From: Nostoc punctiforme PCC 73102
GTDB taxonomy: Bacteria; Cyanobacteriota; Cyanobacteriia; Cyanobacteriales; Nostocaceae
NCBI RefSeq assembly: GCF_000020025.1
Contig: NC_010628.1
Span: forward strand, 1,410,001 to 1,442,000
DNA: 32,000 nucleotides
Direction of reading: 5' to 3'
Below are positions 1-9,017 of the stretch, piece after piece (the stretch's first letter is position 1; each line of letters starts with the position of its first letter). Under the pieces are notes generated by a model. It searched no databases, was not told where the DNA came from, and saw nothing but the letters and a program-made list of their open reading frames with translations. The position numbers and the translations under genes were made by a program.

Positions 1-1
1 C

Positions 2-403
2 GTTAATGAAGTCTTCAGTAACCTTCTTGGTAATGCCTTCAAATACAACGATAAAGCAGAGCAATGGGTTGAGATTGGCTACCTTTCTCAAGAAGAGGGG
101 CAGGGAGTAGGGAGCAGGGGGCAGGGAGCAGGGGGAGCAGGGGAAGCGATTATTCACCAATCCCCAATCCCCAATGCCCCATGCCCAATCTTTTATATCC
201 GAGATAACGGTATTGGCATTCCACAGCATCACCTAGAAACTATCTTTAGATTATTCAAGCGGCTGCATTCTCAGGAAAAGTACGGTGGAGGAGCAGGTGC
301 GGGATTAGCTATTGTTAAGAAGATTGTTGAGCTTCATAACGGCCAAATTTGGGTTGAATCTACCCTAGGCGTTGGCTCGATTTTCTATTTCACGCTGGAA
401 TAG
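2..403 (+). CDS. sensor histidine kinase, C-terminal HATPase_c fragment (5' end outside window)
   Basis: The frame is open from the window edge to TAG at 401-403. Motifs: N-box [11 protein letters not shown]1 IRDNGIGI, G2 [13 protein letters not shown] receiver gene follows directly, as in Cph1/Rcp1-type pairs. Confidence 0.85.
   Translation, partial: VNEVFSNLLGNAFKYNDKAEQWVEIGYLSQEEGQGVGSRGQGAGGAGEAIIHQSPIPNAPCPIFYIRDNGIGIPQHHLETIFRLFKRLHSQEKYGGGAGAGLAIVKKIVELHNGQIWVESTLGVGSIFYFTLE
96..188. repeat. GC-rich direct repeats (GGGAGCAGGG-type) plus CCCCAAT (STRR1-like) heptamers lying in-frame inside the kinase CDS
   Basis: Sequence gggcagggagtagggagcagggggcagggagcagggggagcagggg ... ccaatccccaatccccaatgccccatgcccaat, read directly. 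It encodes [29 protein letters not shown] between the N and G1 boxes. Confidence 0.75.
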
Positions 404-455
404 TTTAAGATAATAACCAAATATGTATTTTTGTTAAGCTCTTTTAAGACCACGA

Positions 456-929
456 ATGACAAAAAAACTTCATGAACCTCTGCTTGTTGTTGAGGACAGC
501 AATGAAGATTTTCGGATGCTACAACGTCTGATGCGGCTCATGTCCGTCCAGAACCCCATACATCGTTGTACTAATGGGGATGAGGTTTTAGAGTTCCTGT
601 ATCAACAGGGGAGTGATGCCCATAGCAAAGGCGAAAACTTACCCAACTCTAAAGTAGCATTACGACCCTCTGTGATCTTGCTCGATCTGAATTTGCCCGG
701 TATTGATGGCCGTGACATTTTAGATCGGCTCAAGCAAGACAAGAGTTTCAAGGAAATCCCCATCGTTGTTTTTACCACATCATCTAACCCCAAGGATATT
801 GAGTTGTGCTACCAAAAGGGCGCAAATGGATATCTGGTAAAGCCGATGGACGCTCAGGAACTAAAAAAGACGATCCAGGCATTTGTGGACTACTGGCTTG
901 ATGCCAATATGCCGCCAGTCTTGGATTAA
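456..929 (+). CDS. single-domain CheY-like response regulator (Rcp1-like)
   Basis: 157-aa ORF. Receiver motifs: LLVVEDSNED, phospho-acceptor context ILLDLNLPGIDG, TTSS and conserved K in YLVKP. It sits 53 nt downstream of the kinase stop. Confidence 0.9.
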   Translation: MTKKLHEPLLVVEDSNEDFRMLQRLMRLMSVQNPIHRCTNGDEVLEFLYQQGSDAHSKGENLPNSKVALRPSVILLDLNLPGIDGRDILDRLKQDKSFKEIPIVVFTTSSNPKDIELCYQKGANGYLVKPMDAQELKKTIQAFVDYWLDANMPPVLD

Positions 930-1205
930 TTTGTTTCTTGCCTGTTGATGAGGCAGTAAGGAAAAAAGGATAATAAAAGAGACGGCTCAGAGGACATTAA
1001 GAAATTTTTCTCTTTGAGTTACTGTATCTATTTGTCTCTGATAGATTCTTTTTCCCCATTTTTGTGTTTTTAGACTATTTCATATTTCTTTAGGATTACT
1101 AAAGAATTTAGATTTTATTTATACTTATTTTATATTATTTTTAGAATTATGCAATAAAACACAATCTGGATAAAAGGGATCTACATAGCTCCCCAATCTT
1201 CATAC

Positions 1206-2930
1206 TTGTATATGTTGGACACATGGACGCTACTCATCATTGATGATTGTGCAGCAGATCGGAAAATCTATCGCCGATATCTGTTGAAAGATCCGCACCA
1301 GTCCTACCAAATTTTGGAGGCAGACTGTGCAGAAGAAGGACTTGCTTTGTGCCAAAAAATCCGATGTGATGCCATTCTGCTGGATTTTTGCCTACCTGAT
1401 ATGAGTGGGATAGAACTCTTCGATCAGATGCAGCAGGAGATATTTAAGACTTCTGTACCTGTGATTATGTTGACAGGGCGGGGTGATGAAGAGGTGGCTG
1501 TGCAAGTAATGAAACGGGGTGCGCTGGATTATTTGGTTAAGCATAATCTGACACAGGATGTACTGCAATTAGCAGTCCGTAATGCCATCAAGCAATCATG
1601 TTTGCAAGCCCAACTCAGCAAAACTCAGGAAAGACAGCGCTTAATTGCGACAACTGCTTTACGAATTCGCCAGTCTCTTAACCTAGAGCAAATTTTGAAT
1701 ACAGCTGTAGCAGAGGTACAGCAACTTCTAAAGTGCGATCGCGTGATGGTGTATCAGTTCGCCCCAGATACTGACGGTAAAATAGTTGCCTCATCAGTTG
1801 AGTCATTCCGCACTGTAGCATTGTGCGATCGCGTCGCGGCTGGGGAAGAAGTAGGGGAACTCTTAGCTGGGAGCAGGGGTAAAATTCCTCTCCTCTGCAC
1901 CCTTCCTCCTGCTCCCCTGCCTAATCCCCAATCCCCAATCCCTTATATTTATGAGCTTGGGTTGTGTAATTGTGTCAGCCTGAAAGAGCAATTTAATACT
2001 AATGCAAATCTAGTAGTTCCCATTAATTTGAGCAACAATGGGAATCCAACTCCCAAGCTTTGGGGTTTGTTGATTGCTCACCAAAATTCTGGAGAACGAC
2101 AGTGGCAAACTGATGATGCCCAAATGCTCAATGAAGTTTCGGTACAATTAGCGATCGCTATCCAACAAGCTGAATTGTTAGCCCAAACTCAAGCAGCCCT
2201 TGCCAAAGAAAAGCAACTCAATGTATTTAAATCTCAAATCATTGCAACGGTTTCTCATGAGTATCGAACCCCGCTAACTTCAATTCTGGCGGCTGCATCA
2301 ACTTTGGCAAAACATAACCAACAACTGGATGAGTCCAAACAACAAAGGTTTTTAGGAATTATTGAACAGAAAGCAAGGTATATGTCCAAACTTGTGGATA
2401 ATATGCTTCTGGTTAACCAATTTGAACTAGAAAAACCCAAATTTAAGCCAATTCCACTAGATTTGCTGCAATTCTTTGCCGATCTTATAGAACAAGAGCG
2501 AGAAACAACAGGCGATCGCCACGAATTGATTTTTCAAATTACTGGGCATACCCAAGGCTTTTGGGGCGATCGCGGACTGTTGCAGCAAATTTTTATTAAC
2601 TTAATGTCTAATGCAATTAAGTACTCTCCAGATGGAGGGACTGTAGAGTTTCACCTGATCGGTAAAGAATCAGAGGTTATCTTTTACATCCAAGATCGGG
2701 GAATTGGTATCCCGATTAAAGATCAAGAAAATTTGTTTCAATCCTTCTGTCGTGGAAGTAACGTTGACACAATCCCTGGTACAGGCTTAGGGCTAGCGAT
2801 CGCTAAAGGTTGTGTAGAATTACATGGCGGCGATATCACCTTATTTAGTGAAGTGGGGCAAGGAACTAAAGTTACAGTCAGCTTACCAAAGGTATTCCCA
2901 ATCGATCAACTTTCCCCATCATCAACTTGA
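1206..2930 (+). CDS. hybrid sensor: receiver - GAF - HisKA - HATPase_c histidine kinase
   Basis: Motifs: receiver LLIIDDCAAD / ILLDFCLPDMSG / YLVKH, GAF-like core DRVMVYQF...LLIAHQ, H-box VSHEYRTPLTSI, N-box NLMSNAIKYSP, G1 QDRGIGI, G2 GTGLGLAIAK. The ORF track starts at TTG 1206; ATG at 1212 is the more likely start. Confidence 0.9.
   Translation: MYMLDTWTLLIIDDCAADRKIYRRYLLKDPHQSYQILEADCAEEGLALCQKIRCDAILLDFCLPDMSGIELFDQMQQEIFKTSVPVIMLTGRGDEEVAVQVMKRGALDYLVKHNLTQDVLQLAVRNAIKQSCLQAQLSKTQERQRLIATTALRIRQSLNLEQILNTAVAEVQQLLKCDRVMVYQFAPDTDGKIVASSVESFRTVALCDRVAAGEEVGELLAGSRGKIPLLCTLPPAPLPNPQSPIPYIYELGLCNCVSLKEQFNTNANLVVPINLSNNGNPTPKLWGLLIAHQNSGERQWQTDDAQMLNEVSVQLAIAIQQAELLAQTQAALAKEKQLNVFKSQIIATVSHEYRTPLTSILAAASTLAKHNQQLDESKQQRFLGIIEQKARYMSKLVDNMLLVNQFELEKPKFKPIPLDLLQFFADLIEQERETTGDRHELIFQITGHTQGFWGDRGLLQQIFINLMSNAIKYSPDGGTVEFHLIGKESEVIFYIQDRGIGIPIKDQENLFQSFCRGSNVDTIPGTGLGLAIAKGCVELHGGDITLFSEVGQGTKVTVSLPKVFPIDQLSPSST
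1840..1943. repeat. small MITE-like/STRR1 element lying in-frame inside the GAF region
   Basis: A 9-bp inverted repeat, gggagcagg (1869-1877) / cctgctccc (1908-1916), is followed by aatccccaatccccaatccc heptamers. It is the same repeat family as 96-188. Confidence 0.7.
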
Positions 2931-3000
2931 TTTGTATAAGTATATAGCACTTATCGTTTATCTGTATTAATTACAATTTTAAAAACAAATATTGTGATTT

Positions 3001-3243
3001 TTACTCTTGAATTTCTATGTTGGTAATCAGCCATTCTTCGATTGTTTTACCGCAAGGCTCAGAACTTTGGCAATCACTAACATTCTCTAGCCCATAAGAC
3101 ATCTTTACTTTTTTATTGACGTATTTCTCTGGCTTGCAAACCTCAAATGTAGCTCCGACACCTTCATATAATTTACCTTTTTCATCAACAACAGTAACAT
3201 AGCATTTTAAGTCTCCATTCTGTATATCTTTGATAGTACCCAA
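3001..3243 (-). CDS. hypothetical protein (probable C-terminal part of a split lipoprotein gene)
   Basis: 80-aa ORF from a TTG start. The same frame stays open upstream to 3354 with no ATG or GTG. No motifs recognised. Confidence 0.45.
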   Translation of the reverse strand: MGTIKDIQNGDLKCYVTVVDEKGKLYEGVGATFEVCKPEKYVNKKVKMSYGLENVSDCQSSEPCGKTIEEWLITNIEIQE

Positions 3244-3344
3244 TATCGGGTTATGGTGAGGTATTTCATTAGTTTTACTATTTTTAATAGGTGTTTTTTG
3301 ATTTGATGTTGGATTACTAGTTTTTTTACCAATTTCGATATTAT

Positions 3345-3509
3345 TTAGTTTCCTTTATTTGCAGAAGTAGATTTAGAATTAGCTAGAGTTTTTGTTGCAG
3401 TATTTGCTTGATTAACTTTATTTTCTTGAGAAGTACTGTTGCCATCACCGCAACTTGCAATCAACATAGAACAAAGAATTAACGTAGTAGTGAAAATTGC
3501 TTTTTTCAT
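3345..3509 (-). CDS. short ORF encoding a lipoprotein signal peptide plus low-complexity linker (54 aa; below the ORF-track cutoff)
   Basis: ATG at 3509. Hand translation: MKKAIFTTTLILCSMLIASCGDGNSTSQENKVNQANTATKTLANSKSTSANKGN*. It has a hydrophobic core followed by the lipobox-like LIASC. Confidence 0.5.
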   Translation of the reverse strand: MKKAIFTTTLILCSMLIASCGDGNSTSQENKVNQANTATKTLANSKSTSANKGN

Positions 3510-3566
3510 TTAATTTATGTTTATAAAACCCTATCGATAATTATTTTGGTAAAAGTATTTTATGTG

Positions 3567-3586
3567 TTGTCACTTATAAGTGACAA
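3567..3586. promoter_or_regulatory. perfect 20-bp palindrome TTGTCACTTATAAGTGACAA in the divergent intergenic region (candidate operator)
   Basis: The sequence equals its own reverse complement. It lies between the minus-strand lipoprotein ORF (3509) and truB (3779). Confidence 0.35.
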
Positions 3587-3778
3587 TGTGGTATTTACTG
3601 TACATACTCGGCGTTATCTGCATTTTGTGTGTATTATTCGGTAAAGTGCTTACAGGATGTCTTGAAGGTGATTAATGTGTATAAATTAATGCTTAATTAA
3701 GCTTTAATTGCTAAATATTAATGCTTTGAGCATTAAATAAGTATTTAATAGAGTTTAGAAGCTGTAAGTATTGATTTT

Positions 3779-4663
3779 GTGTTATTTCAAGGTTTTCTCA
3801 ACTTAAACAAACCATTTGACTGGACTTCCCACGACTGCGTAGCGCGGGTGCGAAAATTGTTGCGCCTCAAACGTGTCGGACATGCGGGAACCTTAGATCC
3901 AGCCGCCACAGGAGTTTTACCAATTGCCCTTGGTAAAGCCACAAGATTATTGCAATATCTGCCAGAAAATAAAGCTTACAAAGCCACTATTCGCCTGGGT
4001 GTGCGTACCACAACCGATGATTTACAAGGTGAAATCATCACTTCTCAACCTTGTACTGGATTGAGTTTGGCAGAGGTAAAAACTGCATTAGCACAATTTG
4101 AAGGCAAAATTGAGCAAATACCACCTATTTATAGTGCAATCCAAGTGGATGGTAAACGTCTCTACGATTTAGCACGCCAAGGGAAAACAGTAGAAGTTCC
4201 AGTGCGAACAGTGGAAGTTTTTCGGATAGATATTTTGGACTGGAGAGAAGGAGATTTTCCTGAATTGGATGTGGCGATCGCTTGCGGTTCTGGTACATAT
4301 ATTAGAGCGATCGCTCGTGACTTAGGTGCAAGCTTAGAAACTGGTGGTACTCTTGCGGCTTTAATCCGTACCGAAAGTAGTGGTTTCAATTTAACCGATA
4401 GCCTCACCTTGACTGATTTAGAAGCACAACTAGAAGCCGGAACATTTCAACTCGTTTTCCCAGATGCGGCTTTACAACATTTATCATCTGTTACTTTACC
4501 AGCAACATCTGCTCAAAAGTGGTGTCAAGGTCAGCGAATTTCTCTAACTTTTGATGTTCCTAGAATAGTGCGAGTTTATGATGAAGAAACTCGTTTTTTA
4601 GGTATTGGACAATTACAAGACGAAGTGTTGATCCCTCAAATGGTTTTTGAACCAATTTCTTAA
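3779..4663 (+). CDS. truB: tRNA pseudouridine(55) synthase TruB
   Basis: 294 aa. It has the N-terminal [17 protein letters not shown] and the catalytic-Asp motif [23 protein letters not shown] typical of TruB. GTG start. Confidence 0.92.
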   Translation: MLFQGFLNLNKPFDWTSHDCVARVRKLLRLKRVGHAGTLDPAATGVLPIALGKATRLLQYLPENKAYKATIRLGVRTTTDDLQGEIITSQPCTGLSLAEVKTALAQFEGKIEQIPPIYSAIQVDGKRLYDLARQGKTVEVPVRTVEVFRIDILDWREGDFPELDVAIACGSGTYIRAIARDLGASLETGGTLAALIRTESSGFNLTDSLTLTDLEAQLEAGTFQLVFPDAALQHLSSVTLPATSAQKWCQGQRISLTFDVPRIVRVYDEETRFLGIGQLQDEVLIPQMVFEPIS

Positions 4664-4673
4664 TATCTTAGTT

Positions 4674-4701
4674 ATTGGTCATTTGTCATTGGTCATTTGT
4701 C
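4674..4701. repeat. 2 x 14-bp tandem repeat ATTGGTCATTTGTC (STRR2/TTGGTCA-type)
   Basis: Read directly just after the truB stop. Confidence 0.8.
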
Positions 4702-4828
4702 AAGAAGAATAATATAACGAACGAACTACTATGCAAGAAAGGTTAGGACAGATTGAGGTGATTATAGAGCGGACAGCACAAAGGACTGAAGCGATCGCTG
4801 TGTTCGCTAGACAGGAGAACGGCGTGTC

Positions 4829-5677
4829 ATGAGCGATCGCCATCGTACTACTACTGCACGTCTCAATGTTTACATCCAAGGTCAAGGATTCCCCATATTG
4901 GGCTTACATGGTCATCCTGGTACTGGTCGTAGTCTTTCTGTCTTCACCAATCATCTATCAAAACGCTATCAGACTATTGCCCCTGATTTACGCGGATATG
5001 GGAAAAGTCGGTGGAATGGCAATTTTGCTATGAATGACCATTTAACTGATTTAGAAGCGCTGCTAGATCGCTTAAATATTGAAAAATGCCTAGTATTGGG
5101 ATGGTCACTTGGGGGCATTCTAGCAATGGAACTGGCATTGCGTTTACCAGAGCGTATTACTGGGCTGATTTTGGTGGCGACAGCCGCAAAACCCCGTGGT
5201 AGTCATCCGACCATCACTTGGCAAGATAATTTATATACTGGCATTGCTGCCCTATTAAACTATATAAAACCGAGTTGGCGATGGAATATTGAAACTTTTG
5301 GCAAGCGATCGCTTTTCCGCTACTTAGTTCAACAACATACATCCACAACTTACAACTATATCGCCAAAGAAGCAGTACCAGCTTATCTGCAAACCTCTCC
5401 TGCTGCTACTCGCGCCCTCTATAGTGCCATTCAATCGGGATATAATCGGCTTCCAGATTTGCCACAAATACAATGTCCTAGTTTGGTTCTTGCTGGCGAT
5501 CAAGACCGCCATATCACATCTGATTCCAGTTTACAAACTGCTCAACACCTCCAAAATTCTCAGTGGCAGTGCTATTCAAACACCGCCCATCTTTTCCCGT
5601 GGGAAGTCCCCCAGCAGGTGCTGAATGACATTGACCATTGGCTGGAAGAACATCCGCAGGTAATTGGTATTCAATAG
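4829..5677 (+). CDS. alpha/beta-fold hydrolase
   Basis: 282 aa. Motifs: oxyanion region LGLHGHPG, nucleophile elbow GWSLGG, and a C-terminal His in NTAHLFPWE. Confidence 0.8.
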   Translation: MSDRHRTTTARLNVYIQGQGFPILGLHGHPGTGRSLSVFTNHLSKRYQTIAPDLRGYGKSRWNGNFAMNDHLTDLEALLDRLNIEKCLVLGWSLGGILAMELALRLPERITGLILVATAAKPRGSHPTITWQDNLYTGIAALLNYIKPSWRWNIETFGKRSLFRYLVQQHTSTTYNYIAKEAVPAYLQTSPAATRALYSAIQSGYNRLPDLPQIQCPSLVLAGDQDRHITSDSSLQTAQHLQNSQWQCYSNTAHLFPWEVPQQVLNDIDHWLEEHPQVIGIQ

Positions 5678-5799
5678 TCCCAGAGTTTTTACCTCTGAAC
5701 CACATAATTCGCAATTAGAACTCGAAATTACGTTAGCGTCTCGTAGAGAAGCCCATGACGAATTACGTTAGCGCAGCGTTAGCGAGTCCGCGAGCGTCA

Positions 5800-5838
5800 T
5801 TACGAATTACGAATTACGAATTACGAATTACGAATTAT
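5800..5838. repeat. heptamer array TTACGAA x5 plus a partial copy
   Basis: cattacgaattacgaattacgaattacgaattacgaattatc, read directly. The dispersed motif AGCGTCTCGTAGAGAAG lies upstream at 5735-5751. Confidence 0.85.
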
Positions 5839-5855
5839 CTTGATTTTCGCCTAAC

Positions 5856-6158
5856 TTAAATCTGACCGCCAAAGGCAGGCTGTACTTTGCGGTCAAATCT
5901 TTCCCCCAAGTCTTCAGCAATTGTTAAGGTATTAGGTTTGCAACGTTTGACACGCATAGTAATTCCCGTAGCTCCTTCGACTTCCAAATCTTCTATGTAT
6001 CCAACGCTTGAAAATTTTGCATCAGAAGAAGTCAGAAATGGCCCAAAGTAGTAAGTACACCGGGGATTTTGCGTCACAATCTCTACCCACCAAGCCAGGC
6101 CGATGGAGTCGAATGTGTTAATCAACACTTCCTTGAGGTTATGCCAAAGGGTTTTCAT
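5856..6158 (-). CDS. DUF1816-like small cyanobacterial protein
   Basis: 100 aa. The signature GLAWWVEIVTQNPRCTYYFGPF matches my recollection of DUF1816 proteins. Confidence 0.65.
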   Translation of the reverse strand: MKTLWHNLKEVLINTFDSIGLAWWVEIVTQNPRCTYYFGPFLTSSDAKFSSVGYIEDLEVEGATGITMRVKRCKPNTLTIAEDLGERFDRKVQPAFGGQI

Positions 6159-6244
6159 GTTTTTCGCCGATTTATAAACGTCTACAGGGTGTTAAACGAT
6201 ATGGTGCTTTATTATCTTTTACATTTCTTTATACTCTGTTACTG

Positions 6245-7336
6245 TTATTTTTTCAAAGAAATTTTTTGTACCTTATCTAAGTACAGCGTATTTAGCGATC
6301 GCTGACGATAAATTTCATAAAGCGCCATCCCTGCTGCTACAGAAGCATTTAGGCTGGGAGTCTTACCTTGCAGAGGAATCGATACCAAGAAATCACAGGA
6401 ACGTTGAGTCAACATACCCAGACCTTCGCCTTCTGAACCAATTACCAAAACGATTGGGCCTTTGAAATTGACAGTATGCACGGGTTCACTTCCACTTGCA
6501 GCAGTGCCATAAATCCAAAAGCCAGCTTCTTTTAATTCTTCTAAGGCGCGGCTGAGGTTAACAACTCTAGATACAGTAAAGTTTTCTAAAGCGCCTGCTG
6601 CTACTTTCATAACAGTGGAAGTGATCCCAGATGCCCGTCTTTGGGGAATTACCAATCCTTGAGCGCCTATTGCTTCGGCGGTGCGAATAATTGCTCCTAA
6701 GTTGTGGGGATCAGTAATTCCGTCAGCCACGACAATAACGGGATCGGTTACAGATTTAGACTGTTCAATGAGATCGGCTAATTCGATATAGCCGTAAGGA
6801 GCAGTTTGTGCTGCCACACCTTGATGATTAGCGCCATTGGTAAGATAGTCTAAGCGCTTGGGTTCAACCTCATCAATAACGGTGCCATTTTCCTTAGCTT
6901 GGAGCAGAAAATGGTGAAAGCTGGGATCGTAGCGCAGACGGGTCGTAATCCAGATGCGGTTAAGATTGCGCTGTTTTTGCAATGCACTCAATACTGGATG
7001 ACGACCGTAGATGATATCGTTATCTTCTTCTATTGGTTGTGTAGATACAGGCGACTGAGAGAAGTTGCTATTTCGTTGTCGAGAATTGCCAGAAATGGTG
7101 TTGCTATCTATTTTCCGGGGATTGCGAGTGGGATTAGCAACAGAAATAGGGTTGCTATCTATTTTCCGGGGATTACGAGTGGGATTAGCAACAGAAATAG
7201 GGTTGCTATCTATTTTCCGAGGATTACGAGTGGGATTACTAACAACACGCTTACCCTTAATTTTTATAGGTTTACCACGATTGGGTTCGCCAGTAGAAGT
7301 GTTAGTGCTGATGATTTTTCTCGGTTTATTCTGCAT
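6245..7336 (-). CDS. rlmB: 23S rRNA (guanosine-2'-O)-methyltransferase RlmB (SpoU/TrmH family) with a repetitive N-terminal extension
   Basis: SpoU substrate-binding region [16 protein letters not shown] motifs [28 protein letters not shown] and [22 protein letters not shown]. It is adjacent to mrnC, as in other bacteria. Confidence 0.88.
   Translation of the reverse strand: MQNKPRKIISTNTSTGEPNRGKPIKIKGKRVVSNPTRNPRKIDSNPISVANPTRNPRKIDSNPISVANPTRNPRKIDSNTISGNSRQRNSNFSQSPVSTQPIEEDNDIIYGRHPVLSALQKQRNLNRIWITTRLRYDPSFHHFLLQAKENGTVIDEVEPKRLDYLTNGANHQGVAAQTAPYGYIELADLIEQSKSVTDPVIVVADGITDPHNLGAIIRTAEAIGAQGLVIPQRRASGITSTVMKVAAGALENFTVSRVVNLSRALEELKEAGFWIYGTAASGSEPVHTVNFKGPIVLVIGSEGEGLGMLTQRSCDFLVSIPLQGKTPSLNASVAAGMALYEIYRQRSLNTLYLDKVQKISLKK
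7090..7242. repeat. 3 x 51-bp tandem repeat inside the rlmB 5' region (17-aa unit [17 protein letters not shown])
   Basis: Units start at 7090, 7141 and 7192 and are near-identical. Read directly. Confidence 0.9.
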
Positions 7337-7431
7337 TTGAGTTATGAATATAGCTTATGGTTGAACATCCCGATTACCTTAATTTCTGGAACCTAATCTA
7401 CTGCTGTACCTATTGTTGTGAAATTGAGCTT

Positions 7432-7911
7432 TCACTCTTTTTCTACATGAAGCATTTGCAACAGTTCGGTTAGACGCTGGTAATCGGTGAGATATAAATA
7501 GCCTATTAGGGTTTCTAGACTAGTTGCCTGTTGATAAATTTCGGGATTAAGTCGCTTAGGGCGGCCTGTCGCGGCGTTTCTACCCCGTCGGACAATTTCT
7601 AATTCGGTGTCCCTCAGATGAGGAGTTAGCGATCGCAAATGTAGCGCTTGTGTTTCTGCTCTTACCTGCTCCACTACCAGACTATGGTAAATTCCCGACC
7701 GCTGCAATGGCAGCAGATAGAACATTCTAACATACAACTCATAAATTGCATCCCCCAAATATGCTAAAGCAGTAGGAGAAATTTGTTGCACTTGTGAGAG
7801 GGAAATCTGTTGGAATGGCCCTGTGGTTGCCAAGAGTGCTTCAGTCCAAGATAAACTCTGCTTGGGAGTTTTATCTTGTCCATCTAATAGCTCTTCCTCC
7901 TGTGACTTCAC
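7432..7911 (-). CDS. mrnC: Mini-ribonuclease 3 (Mini-III)
   Basis: 159 aa. RNase III signature LAYLGDAIYELYVR plus RRGRN. No dsRBD. Upstream of rlmB on the same strand. Confidence 0.85.
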   Translation of the reverse strand: MKSQEEELLDGQDKTPKQSLSWTEALLATTGPFQQISLSQVQQISPTALAYLGDAIYELYVRMFYLLPLQRSGIYHSLVVEQVRAETQALHLRSLTPHLRDTELEIVRRGRNAATGRPKRLNPEIYQQATSLETLIGYLYLTDYQRLTELLQMLHVEKE

Positions 7912-8492
7912 AAATAAATCATTCCTTGACGGGCTAGATTAGGAAGGCATTCTTCGCAAAGACTGATTTTTCTGAAGTATGCCATGATAGTATACTTAGC
8001 ATAATCAATACTATCAAAATTACTTCTTAATTTCATCTTTTTGATTGAGAGTTGGCATTTAAAATCACCCTGATGTCAACGCCTGTAAACCAAATTTCGC
8101 CTACTTCTTGTGGTCTGTGTCTAAGATAGGGTAAAATCTGAACATCAAATACACCCCGTTACTAGATAGCATTGCTATGCTTACTTAGTAAGTGACAATT
8201 TTTAACTATACAGTATCAAGTCAAGTTTATCTATAGACAAATCTGCTAAATTTGTATTTTTTACAACTTTTTCAGACTTAATTATTTGTCGGAATGTTCT
8301 AGTAAGCGATTACACAGCAATCACTTGGTGTACATATTTTTTTGATTGCTCTACTTTAAAGATAATAATAGCGCAACTGGCTTCTTGCCTCTCCCACAAG
8401 GAGAGAGGTTTTCTGCCAGAAGTTTTAAAAATTAAGCTACCCGATGTTGAATCTGGATAGCTGAATTGGTCTCTCGGTTCAAGCAATCAAGA

Positions 8493-8855
8493 CTACTTGA
8501 CGTTTTCTAGAGCTTCTTCAACTGATTTTTGCAGGGAGAGAAACTTCTCTAGACGAACAAGCTTGACTGTTTGAGTTACGCGGGCATTCGTGACAATTTG
8601 CAAAGTGCCTTCAGCCGTTTGAGCCTGCTTGGCTAGCTGCACTAAAGCGCCCAAGCCAGAGCTATCAATAAAGTCGATTTGTGAGAGATCCAAAATAATG
8701 TGCTTAGGGCCCTCTTCGATCTTGCTGCCAAGCACTTTGCGAAATGTGGGTTCAGAAAAGGCATCTAACAAACCTGTGAGGCGGAATAGCTGGCAGTTAT
8801 CCCGGACTTCACGAGTACCCCTCAGGCTAACGGTTAGATTCAGTGGCTCAGCAAT
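8493..8855 (-). CDS. STAS-domain anti-sigma-factor antagonist (start codon uncertain)
   Basis: Motif LDLSQIDFIDSSGLGALV. The in-frame upstream sequence LNLTVSLRGTREVRDNCQLFRLTG looks like the first STAS strands, but it contains no ATG, GTG or TTG. Candidate starts are ATT (8855 or 8858) and CTG (8843). The ORF track uses TTG at 8771. Confidence 0.75.
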   Translation of the reverse strand: MAEPLNLTVSLRGTREVRDNCQLFRLTGLLDAFSEPTFRKVLGSKIEEGPKHIILDLSQIDFIDSSGLGALVQLAKQAQTAEGTLQIVTNARVTQTVKLVRLEKFLSLQKSVEEALENVK

Positions 8856-9017
8856 AATTCCCTCCTCATGAGTTAAAGTGAACGCTCAAGTATAGATGGT
8901 TTTTGAGCAAGTTGTCTACAATCTTTTGGGGCATTGGGCACTTGTACTGAGCGAAGTCGAAGTATTGGGCATTGAAAAACTTTTTCTTAGTCCTTAGCTA
9001 GTACCCATTCCCTATTT

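Noticed and set aside
5424-5714. 66-aa ORFs on both strands overlapping the 3' end of the hydrolase gene.
   Set aside because: They are nested in or antisense to the alpha/beta hydrolase CDS, with no supporting signals.
8383-8415. Hairpin CCTCTCCCACAAGGAGAGG as a terminator or small RNA.
   Set aside because: It belongs to the same palindromic dispersed-repeat class as CCCCTTCCCTTGTAGGGAAGGGG at the IS target site. No T-tract or adjacent gene end supports a terminator role.
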